Of a stretch of DNA of 64,000 nucleotides, positions 50,068-59,039 are shown in pieces; position 1 is the first letter of the stretch; each line of letters begins with the position of its first letter. The notes under the pieces were generated by a model. The model searched no databases, was not told where the DNA came from, and saw only the letters and a program-made list of their open reading frames with translations. A program made the translations under genes and the position numbers. This stretch comes from an uncultured Nitrospirota bacterium (GTDB lineage Bacteria > Nitrospirota > Nitrospiria > JACRHA01), in the NCBI GenBank assembly GCA_964481895.1, contig CAYZUL010000003.1, positions 9,294 through 73,293 on the forward strand, given 5' to 3'.

Positions 50068-52223
50068 TGGGGCAGGTCTTCCTTCTTCTTGGGATACACA
50101 ATCACCAGCCTGTGGGCAATTTTGAGCACGTATTCCGGGAGGCACACGATAGATGCTACAGGCCTTTTCTTGATCTCCTCATGGAACATAGGACTATTCG
50201 TGTGGCCATGCATTACAGCGGCCCTTTGTTCGATTGGATGGAAGGGAATGAACCTTCATTTATCGGCCGGCTAAAGGAGATGGCGAAAAAAAGACAGGTG
50301 GAACTCCTCACGGGCGGCTACTACGAGCCTATCCTTGCCTCAATACCGGCAAGGGACGGAATAGGGCAGATCGGGATGATGACGCAATATTTGCGAAACA
50401 GGCTTGGCGCTGATCCTAAGGGGCTCTGGCTTGCTGAACGAGTATGGGAGCCGTCTCTTCCCGGCCTGCTTAATTCTTGTGGTATCGGTTATTCCCTTCT
50501 TGATGATACACATTTTCAGTATACCGGGGTCAAGCCTGAGACCTTGCGCGGCTATTACCTGACCGAGCATGAAGGGAAGGTCCTGGCGATATTTCCCATA
50601 AGCAAAAGGCTCCGTTACCTAATCCCCTTCCGTCAGCCGGAGGAGACGATAGAATATCTTGATCAACTGAGAAAGGAGGGTCCGGTTGCTATTACCTATG
50701 CAGACGATGGTGAGAAGTTCGGCCTCTGGCCCGGTACATATCGCTGGGTCTATGACATGGGATGGATAGAGAGATTCTTTAACCTTCTGGAGAAAAACAG
50801 TGACTGGATCACTACCATTACCCCCGGCGAATACCTGGCCAAGGCTCCGTCTTCCGGCCGTATTTATCTGCCGACGGCCTCATATGAAGAGATGATGGAA
50901 TGGGCCCTGCCTACAGAGACTATCCTGGAAAGGGAGGCGTTAGTTGCGAAGCTTGAGGCCTCAGGCCTGAAGGGCGCGACGGAGGGTTTTCTGCGCGGCG
51001 GACTCTGGAACCATTTTCTCGTAAAGTATCCTGAGATCAATCTTATGCATAAGAAGGCCCTATATATAAGCGAGAAACTTTCCCTCAAGGAGAAGAGACC
51101 CGGCATTTCCATGACCAAATGGTTTGCGGAGGCGAGGCGGGAGCTTTACAAGGCCCAGGGAAACGATGTCTACTGGCATGGGCTGTTCGGCGGGTACTAT
51201 CTAAATTATCTTCGGCATGCCGTGCACGAGCATCTCATAAAGGCTGAGAGGCTTATCGACGCTAAGACTGATCCCCGAATCCGCCTGACAGAGACAGACC
51301 TGGACCGGGATGGCTACCAGGAATTTATAGCAGAAACAGACTGTTTAAACCTCTATCTAAAACCGGATGATGGCGCCACAGTTATTGAGATCGATTACAG
51401 AACAAAGCCACTCTGCCTTACACATGTCCCGATGCGGAGGCCTGAGGCATACCATAAAAAGATCAAGATAGATCAGCCGGCTGCCTCTTCCCCTTCTCCG
51501 GGCAGTATCCCCTCTATCCATGAGCTCTCATCTTTAAAACCATCTGTCGCTGGCAAGAGACTGATCTACGATCGCTTGCCGAGGTGGTCATTCCGGGATC
51601 ACATCCTGACGAACGATACAACCCTGGACCAATTTGAGGCATCGAATTACGCGGAGATAGGTGGTTTTTCTCATAAACCTTATCAAAAAATAGAAGCCGG
51701 GACCAACACAGATGGGATCGTACTTGCCTTCCAACATACAGACATGATACACGACCTCTCCCTGACGGCCAAAAAGGTTTATACTGTTTCGGCTTCAGAT
51801 GCCGCATTTACCGTTCAGTATGCCTTTAGCCATGGGCCAGAGCAGTCAGAGTCGCCGGATCAGAATGGCCATGGCCTCCTCTGGGGGGTGGAGCTTAATC
51901 TGACCCTGCTGGCCGGCTCTGACCCAAGGCGTTATTACAGCTTTCCCGGAAGGGGTGTAGAAGAAAAACTCCTAAATAGCAGGGGGGTCCTGGAGGATCT
52001 TACTGAGGCGCATCTGATAGATGAATGGCAGGGGGTTGATATATGCCTTGAATTTAAGCCGGCCGCGCGCCTCTGGAGATTCCCGATAGAAACGATATCG
52101 CAATCAGAAGAGGGATTAGAGTCGAACTATCAAGGTTCCTGCCTTGTCATCCTCTGGCCTTTGACCCTTCCACTAAAGGGGAAGCAGGAGCGTCTCATCA
52201 CCATGAAGATCTCCGGACTTTAG
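50067..52223 (+). CDS. glycoside hydrolase family 57 protein (second paralog, amylopullulanase/4-alpha-glucanotransferase-like with DUF1925/1926-like C-terminus)
   Basis: LLLGIHNHQPVGNF GH57 signature. ATG 50067 overlaps the upstream stop (TGATG). The ORF is open from GTG 50055. Confidence 0.8.
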   Translation: MGQVFLLLGIHNHQPVGNFEHVFREAHDRCYRPFLDLLMEHRTIRVAMHYSGPLFDWMEGNEPSFIGRLKEMAKKRQVELLTGGYYEPILASIPARDGIGQIGMMTQYLRNRLGADPKGLWLAERVWEPSLPGLLNSCGIGYSLLDDTHFQYTGVKPETLRGYYLTEHEGKVLAIFPISKRLRYLIPFRQPEETIEYLDQLRKEGPVAITYADDGEKFGLWPGTYRWVYDMGWIERFFNLLEKNSDWITTITPGEYLAKAPSSGRIYLPTASYEEMMEWALPTETILEREALVAKLEASGLKGATEGFLRGGLWNHFLVKYPEINLMHKKALYISEKLSLKEKRPGISMTKWFAEARRELYKAQGNDVYWHGLFGGYYLNYLRHAVHEHLIKAERLIDAKTDPRIRLTETDLDRDGYQEFIAETDCLNLYLKPDDGATVIEIDYRTKPLCLTHVPMRRPEAYHKKIKIDQPAASSPSPGSIPSIHELSSLKPSVAGKRLIYDRLPRWSFRDHILTNDTTLDQFEASNYAEIGGFSHKPYQKIEAGTNTDGIVLAFQHTDMIHDLSLTAKKVYTVSASDAAFTVQYAFSHGPEQSESPDQNGHGLLWGVELNLTLLAGSDPRRYYSFPGRGVEEKLLNSRGVLEDLTEAHLIDEWQGVDICLEFKPAARLWRFPIETISQSEEGLESNYQGSCLVILWPLTLPLKGKQERLITMKISGL

Positions 52224-52356
52224 ACCCTACTATCTCCAGTTCTTAGCTTTCAAATTCACTGTTAGAAATCTAATGTCTAGAATGGGAATACTGGTCTGGT
52301 TAATGGAACACCTCGTATCTGCCGATATAAATCTAAACGTACAAAATGGGGACTTG

Positions 52357-52385
52357 TTGATCTGATTATTGAAATCCCTTATAAT
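52357..52385 (+). promoter_or_regulatory. sigma70-like promoter (-35 TTGATC 52357-52362, 17-nt spacer, -10 TATAAT 52380-52385)
   Basis: Good hexamers with optimal spacing 49 nt upstream of the galT-like ATG. RBS GGGAGG. Confidence 0.5.
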
Positions 52386-52433
52386 CATTGAACTAAGACA
52401 AACTTACAGTAAAAAAGGGAGGTTATATCTGAT

Positions 52434-53450
52434 ATGCCTGAACTAAGAAAAGACCCCATCAGTCAACGATGGGTAATTATTGCTACTGAACGGAGCAAGC
52501 GTGCAAACCATTATAAATCTTCTGGTCCTCCTCCGCAGGTTGAGCCGAAGTTCTGCCCCTTCTGTTCTGGTAATGAGGATAAGACCCCGCCGGAGATACT
52601 GGCCTACAGGCCTGATGGATCGAGACCGAATACACCGGGATGGCATATAAGGGTTGTGGCGAACAAGTTTCCGGCACTCAGGATCGAGGGTGGATTAAAC
52701 CGGGAAGGGGAGGGGATCTACGACAAGATGAACGGGATAGGGGCCCATGAGGTGATCATTGAAACCCCGGACCATAAACAGACCATGGCAACCATGACAG
52801 ACAAGTATGTCGAGGATATCCTCTGGAGCTTCCGGGACAGGATCCTCGACCTTAAAAAAGACAGACGATTCCGGTTTATCCTCCTCTTTAAAAACCATGG
52901 TGAGGCAGCCGGCGCCAGTGTTGATCATTCCCACTCTCAGCTTATTGCGCTCCCGATTGTCCCAAGGAATGTGATCGATGAGCTTCGGGGGGCCAAGGAT
53001 TACTACGACCAGAAGGAGCGGTGTATCTTCTGTGATATTATCCGGCAGGAGACAGCCTCAAAGGTCCGTCTGGTCAGTGAAAATGATCATTATGTATGCA
53101 TTACCCCCTACGCAGCGCGTTTCCCCTTCGAGACATGGATCTTACCCAAAAAGCATGGCCCTTTTTTTGAGGATTCCCAAAAGTATGAATTCGAGGCCCT
53201 TGCCAGGATACTCTGTGATACCCTAAGACGCCTGGACAAGGCCCTCAATAATCCCCCTTACAATTTTATCATCCATAGTGCACCTGTCAATCAGGCATAT
53301 CATGATGAGGATTACTACCACTGGCACCTGCAGATCATGCCGCGCCTGACCAATATAGCTGGTTTTGAGTGGGGCACAGGTTTTTATATAAATCCTACAC
53401 CTCCTGAGGAGGCAGCGAAATTCCTCCGCGAGCTGGAGCTCAGGGATTAG
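52434..53450 (+). CDS. galT: galactose-1-phosphate uridylyltransferase-like HIT-family nucleotidyltransferase
   Basis: 338 aa. Zn-binding CPFCSGNE and a HxHxQ-type active site (SVDHSHSQL). Placement in a glycogen cluster suggests sugar-1-phosphate nucleotidyl transfer related to glucan metabolism. Confidence 0.75.
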   Translation: MPELRKDPISQRWVIIATERSKRANHYKSSGPPPQVEPKFCPFCSGNEDKTPPEILAYRPDGSRPNTPGWHIRVVANKFPALRIEGGLNREGEGIYDKMNGIGAHEVIIETPDHKQTMATMTDKYVEDILWSFRDRILDLKKDRRFRFILLFKNHGEAAGASVDHSHSQLIALPIVPRNVIDELRGAKDYYDQKERCIFCDIIRQETASKVRLVSENDHYVCITPYAARFPFETWILPKKHGPFFEDSQKYEFEALARILCDTLRRLDKALNNPPYNFIIHSAPVNQAYHDEDYYHWHLQIMPRLTNIAGFEWGTGFYINPTPPEEAAKFLRELELRD

Positions 53451-54922
53451 TGCGAATACTCTACGCCGCATCTGAGGTTACACCCTTTGCCAAGACGGGC
53501 GGCCTGGCTGATGTGGCCGGGGCCCTTCCCGCAGCGCTGGCAGGACTGGGACACGATGTCAAGGTGGTCATGCCGGGGTATAATGGTGTTAAGGATAAAC
53601 CTGGAAGATATACTCCGAGGGGTAATATAAAGGTCAGTCTTGCCGGCGGGGTTTATCCCTTTGATGTAGAGTCGGGCCGTCTGCCTGAAACCGGTGTCGA
53701 GATCCTGTTCCTGTCCAATAGCCGCCTCTTTGACCGGCCAGGACTGTATCAGGAGAAGGGGAAGGATTACCCTGATAACCTGGAGCGGTTTGCGGCCTTC
53801 AGCCGTGCCCTACTTGAGGTCCCGGGATTGTTGGACTGGTATCCGGATGTGATCCATTGCAACGACTGGCAGACTGCATTGATCCCTGCCTACATAAAGG
53901 CCCATTTCCCGGACGACCCCAGGTTTACCGGGACAGGCACCCTCTTTACTGTCCATAATCTCGGCTACCAGGGGCTTTTCCCCGCTTCGGAATATCCAAA
54001 ATTATCCCTCCCCCCTGAATTCTTTACGCCGGAGACCCTTGAATTTTACGGAAAGGTAAATCTCCTCAAGGCAGGTCTTGTGTTTGCCGATATCCTGACT
54101 ACGGTAAGTCCTACATATAGCCATGAGATCCAGACACCCCAGTTTGGGTGCGGCCTGGAGGGGATCCTCCACGAAAGGAGCAATGATCTTTTCGGTATAA
54201 TAAACGGGGTCGATTATCAGCGATGGGATCCGGCCCATGATCCCCACCTGGGACAGCCTTATGATGCCCGGCAGTTGCAGGGCAAACGTCTTTGCAGGAG
54301 GCAACTCCAGAAGGCATCTAAACTGCCAATAAAAAAGGTACCCATCATCGGGATGATCACAAGGCTTACCGAGCAGAAGGGGGTAGACCTGGTAATAGAG
54401 GTGCTCGATGAATTGATGATGCTTGACATCCAGGTAGTCATCCTGGGCGAAGGAGACCCGGATATACACCAGAAACTCAATGAGGCGATGGGCCGTTATC
54501 CCAAAAAGCTTTCAGTCCATATCAACTTTGATGAGTCTCTGGCCCATCTGATCGAGGCCGGATCGGATATTTTTTTAATGCCTTCCCGCTATGAACCATG
54601 CGGCTTAAACCAGTTATACAGTTTAAGGTATGGGACAGTCCCTATTGTCCGGAAGACAGGCGGGCTGGCAGACACCATTATAGATGCCACGCCATCCAAC
54701 ATCGCTGCCGGCAAGGCAAATGGTTTCCTTTTCGAGCATGCGAGTTCCCATGAACTTCTTACAACTGTGAGGCTGGCCATTAACTTGTTTCATGAAACGG
54801 ATCTCTGGCTCCAATTGATCCGAAATGGAATGATGGCAGATTTCTCATGGGGCCGCTCCGCCAGGGAATATGAGAGGCTCTATCGTCTTGCCATTGATAA
54901 GGCGACAGATACTGGAAAGTAA
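53450..54922 (+). CDS. glgA: glycogen synthase (ADP-glucose type)
   Basis: 490 aa. MRILYAASEVTPFAKTGGLADVAGALP N-terminus. GT-B fold. GTG start overlapping the galT-like stop (TAGTG). Confidence 0.9.
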   Translation: MRILYAASEVTPFAKTGGLADVAGALPAALAGLGHDVKVVMPGYNGVKDKPGRYTPRGNIKVSLAGGVYPFDVESGRLPETGVEILFLSNSRLFDRPGLYQEKGKDYPDNLERFAAFSRALLEVPGLLDWYPDVIHCNDWQTALIPAYIKAHFPDDPRFTGTGTLFTVHNLGYQGLFPASEYPKLSLPPEFFTPETLEFYGKVNLLKAGLVFADILTTVSPTYSHEIQTPQFGCGLEGILHERSNDLFGIINGVDYQRWDPAHDPHLGQPYDARQLQGKRLCRRQLQKASKLPIKKVPIIGMITRLTEQKGVDLVIEVLDELMMLDIQVVILGEGDPDIHQKLNEAMGRYPKKLSVHINFDESLAHLIEAGSDIFLMPSRYEPCGLNQLYSLRYGTVPIVRKTGGLADTIIDATPSNIAAGKANGFLFEHASSHELLTTVRLAINLFHETDLWLQLIRNGMMADFSWGRSAREYERLYRLAIDKATDTGK

Positions 54923-55035
54923 TAAGAATGTCTTGTGATGCGATGTCCTAATCCCTCACTTCACCTCCGGCGGTGATATCACAAGATTCGTATCAGAACC
55001 TATCCTGACTTGAAAAGAGCCGCCATTTCAAATAA

Positions 55036-58000
55036 TTAAGAAATAAAATCAATGGCAACTAGCCTAAGCAATTCAGGCTTGTATGGCGGAATCTCTTTCT
55101 TTTCAAAGGTAAACTTTCCTTCAAGGAATTCTGATAATTCCCTTAAAAGGCCCTTCCAATTTTTATGATTATTCTTATAATCTCTCCAGATAGCCCTTAA
55201 TCCTTGAAGCCTCTTTTTTGTAAGGCTTATGGTTAAAAGCCTTTCCTTTACCTCTTCCCACTTATCTTCAAGCGCTTTTTCTTCAGGAAAGTCCAATATA
55301 TGTTCATCTATTTGCAGATCTATCTCTCTAATGAGATTTGATACAAACTTCTTGCTCCTGTCTTGGCTTAATTCAGAAAATGTGGAATCCACCCCTTCCC
55401 TCTGTTCTGCCTCTTTATAAGTTTCCTCTATTTCTATAATCACCTCTCTATTTACCTCATAGACCCTTTCAAAGAAATCAGGTATCACCCTTTTCTCTTC
55501 AGGAGGACAGGAGATAAAATCTAAGATCCTTGTCTTGTTTGTAATCTTCTCCCCTGTTGAAAGATCATAAAGATACCAGAAATGGAAGTCCTCACCATAT
55601 TTATAATAGAAAAAGATCCCTTTTATATCTCTCTTGAGACCGCTATGAATCCCAAGGGGGATAGATTCAAGCCCTTCAAGCCCCTTTGTCCTAAGATAGT
55701 TTTTCAAAGGCTGATAGAATCTCTCTCCGCCGCCAAAGACATCTCTTTCAAGTTCATCAAATATCATCTTATCCCGCTTCCTAATCCTTCTTATAACGCC
55801 AAATACTTTTGGATTAACCTCTTCTCCAAGAACTGTCTGATCAAGCCCGACTGCATTGTCGATATTCCGTATCTTTTTCTGGAGGATCTCCATAAGGCGC
55901 AAAAGGTCTTCTAGCTCCTCCTCCGGGAAGAAATTGTATACATAGATCTCATCAAAGGTAGAACCTATTCTATCTATTCTGCCTGCCCTCTGGATCATCC
56001 TGGTAGGGTTCCAGTGGAGGTCATAATTGATAAGATACTGGGCCTTTTGAAGGTTCATCCCCTCAGAGAGGACATCCGTGCTCATTAAGATATTAATCTC
56101 CCCCTTCATAAAGTCATCAACAATCCTCGTGCGTCTGGTGGCAGAGGCTACCCTGCCTGAAATCTTCTCTATTCTAATCTTTGAAAATAGGCTGTCTTCG
56201 GATATATTTTTATGGATATAATCATATCCATAACAATATATAATCAAGGGTATCTGCATAATATGTGAATACAACAACCTGTCCTTTTCTGCCCAATTCC
56301 AGGAGTCTCTTCTTTAGCTCCTTAAGCTTTGCATCTGCCTCCGCATCAATCGTCTCGACCATCCTGCCCATTTCATTGAATAGGGCTATATCCTTATCAA
56401 TTTCACCAAAGAGTTCTTCTTTTTTATAATCTTCAAGATTGATATCTTCCAGTTCATCAACAAATTCTTCAGCAGTCTCCTCATCCAGGTTGGAGATATA
56501 TTTATAAAAGGTTTTTTTAGTGAGGAGCTTACCCTTCATTAGATATCCCTTAAATTTCTCCAGAAAGGCCAGATGATTGGAGACGCTCTTTCTAAATGCA
56601 TCAACACTGCTTTCAAGCCTCTTTAGCAGAATGGTCCTGAAGATCCCTTCCAGGGCCACCATCCTGCCCAATGCCATCTCCTCATCTTTGGAAAGCCTCT
56701 CTTTCTTTCTATATTCGAGTACCCGATAATAGGCCATGGTCAATCTTTCACTTATAATCCTGGATATATCTCTATAGAGCCCCTGATAGGCATTATCGAG
56801 CTTGTAATTGATATTCTCCAATATCCTTTTGGGAAAGACGATCTTTTTCCCATAAATCTCTGCGTCAGGATAGTTCTCTCTGACATAATCCCTTGTCCTC
56901 CTGATTGATATCTCGTTCATGAGATCATTTAGGAGTGTAGGATCGCCCTCTTTATCAATATCCTTAAAAAACTTAAAGAGGCTCGGTATCCCCTCCTTGA
57001 GAAAGATATTCTGATCCATAAAGGTGAGCAGCATTATCTGCCAGTAAAGATCCCACAGGGTATTATTAATGGGTGTGGCAGTAAGAAATAAGATATAAGG
57101 CCTCCTCCCATTCCCTCCTATATGATTGATAATGGTAAATAGATTTTCCCAACGATTAGAAAGGGGATTTCTAAAGTTGTGGCTCTCATCTACCACTATC
57201 AGGGAAACCTCATCAAGATTACCTCCTACTGAATGTCTTGCTTTATCCAGAAAATCAAGAGATGCAAGCTCTTCCTGGGATAGGATGCTCTCAGACAGGA
57301 TAAGGTCTTTAACCTCATTTCTCCACATCTCCCTTAATTGGGCAGGGCAGATAATAAGAAACCTCTTTCTTTTATAAAAACCAAACTCCTCTATGATCTT
57401 TTTGGCTATCCATGTCTTACCCAGGCCTACTGCATCTGCTATCATGCAGGCCTTATATTTTTTAAGACGGGTAAAAACCCTCCTTACGGCATCTTCCTGA
57501 AACTCTGCAAGGTTAACCAGTGAGGAAGGTCTGGCATCTTTCTCCTTTTCTTCATCATCAATTTTTAAGTCGTCTTTTTGTAATTCATAGAGGGACTTTA
57601 TATAAACCTCAAAAGGGCTATACTCCTTAGTCCCGAAACGGGAGGAATCAAGGAGTTCAATCAGTCTTGCCTTGAAATCAACCGCCTCATTCCAGAATTT
57701 GTCAAACCAGTTTGTCCGCACATATTGCGCCTCTGACTCAAGAGAAACAGAGTTTAACTCCGTGTTATGCGTAAGACCTGATGGTGTGAAGTTTGATGAG
57801 CCTACTACCACAAGACTATCGAATATATATGCTTTACCATGGAAAAATTCCTTATCGTAGAGCCTGACCTCCACATTATCTTTATTGAGAAACCCTATTA
57901 TCTCCTTGGCCAGGTTATTTTTATCTTTAGAGAGATCAAACCCTTCAACCTCCTCCTTAATCATTTTCAAAAGCAGATCCCCAAGCGTAGTCTCATTTTT

Positions 58001-58195
58001 TATCTCTGGTGCTTTCCCCAGGAGAAGCCGGAATCTTTTGACCCCCTGGATATTCTCTTTTATTAAGGCATAGGCCTGGATATTAAAAAAGGCGGTAGCA
58101 ATATCAAATTGGGTATTTGGTATCTCCTTCAGGACATCATTAAGGAAGGTAGATAACTTTACATCGCTGTTGTCTATGATTTTCTTTGGGATCAT
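55036..58195 (-). pseudogene. PLD-family nuclease (HKD) + SNF2-family helicase fusion gene, disrupted by a frameshift from a 22-bp insertion
   Basis: The N-terminal ~180 aa carry the HKD motif FHGKAYIFDSLVVVGSSNFT. SNF2 motifs follow (ADAVGLGKT, LIVVDESHNFRN). The helicase C-terminal domain (ILMSTDVLSEGMNLQ...QRAGRIDRIGS) continues in another frame, as ORFs 56222-58195 and 55036-56277. Removing the 22 nt between the 8-bp direct repeats ATATAATC (56216-56223 and 56238-56245) restores ...TLDYIHKNISED.... Confidence 0.75.
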
Positions 58196-58340
58196 ATATC
58201 TCCAATCGCCCTATGCTTGACAACCCGATAGCATTGTATCATACTATAAATGAGCGATAAGACCGTTGTGGGTTCCTTTGGCGTTCCCTTCCGTAGGTTG
58301 GCCAAGCCAGAGGGCACGCACCCACAGGGCACGCTCATTT

Positions 58341-58973
58341 TTATGGTAAATAAACGTCATCGTATTTGATCTTACTCTTAAAAACGTCAAACCATTCCTT
58401 ATCATCTTTTTCGTATTTCCGGAAGATCCCCCAGGAAAATAAATCAACTGCCTGAAGAGGCAGGTCTTCATGGGAAAGATGGTGATCTATATCGAGTGGG
58501 ATTCTTGGTTCTATTCTGCCGCTTAACTGACGGATCAGGTAGTCATCGAACTCTCTTATTTCTTTCTTACTCTTGCTCCTGTCTATTACAAGTCCGACTC
58601 TTACCGAGGCATTTGTAAAAGGAATGACATCAAGAACTTTTCTTGCGATAAAGTTGTAAACCCTGTCCTTTTTCTGTGACAAATAATCATATACCCGTCT
58701 TTTGTTGAGCGTGAGGGCGTAAAGCTCGAAGGGGACAGCTTCAACATGCCGGTAAAAATATCTCTTTATTTCTATGGATTGCTTTGACCCTTTCAGTTCA
58801 GTCTGTTGTTTCGGGAATTTACTTTGCAGGGTTCTTTTTACAGCCTTAGCTATTTTCTTCCTGTTTTCCATGTCATGTACCAGCATTACAGTAACCGTAA
58901 AATACTTCGACGGTTTCTTTGCGAAGAAGTCGAACCCCAGGTCGCCGCTTTCATCAAGGTACAAATATAGCAT
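58341..58973 (-). CDS. DUF3800 family protein
   Basis: 210 aa. N-terminal MLYLYLDESGDLGF, the hallmark DUF3800 motif. Confidence 0.6.
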   Translation of the reverse strand: MLYLYLDESGDLGFDFFAKKPSKYFTVTVMLVHDMENRKKIAKAVKRTLQSKFPKQQTELKGSKQSIEIKRYFYRHVEAVPFELYALTLNKRRVYDYLSQKKDRVYNFIARKVLDVIPFTNASVRVGLVIDRSKSKKEIREFDDYLIRQLSGRIEPRIPLDIDHHLSHEDLPLQAVDLFSWGIFRKYEKDDKEWFDVFKSKIKYDDVYLP

Positions 58974-59039
58974 TTATTTCCTATGTTTTATTGGAATACT
59001 CCTTGTAGATATCTCTTAAAAATTCATGACCCCTTGAGC

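Noticed and set aside
58217-58250. Plus-strand TTGACA ... TATCAT/TACTAT promoter-like hexamers
   Set aside because: It would drive transcription antisense to the DUF3800 gene with no plus-strand ORF downstream. A minus-strand extended -10 (TGaTACAAT, rc of 58233-58240) for the helicase gene is a more plausible reading of the same region, but neither is strong.
58244-58471. 75-aa minus-strand ORF
   Set aside because: It overlaps the 3' end of the DUF3800 gene and the structured intergenic element, and is most likely non-coding.
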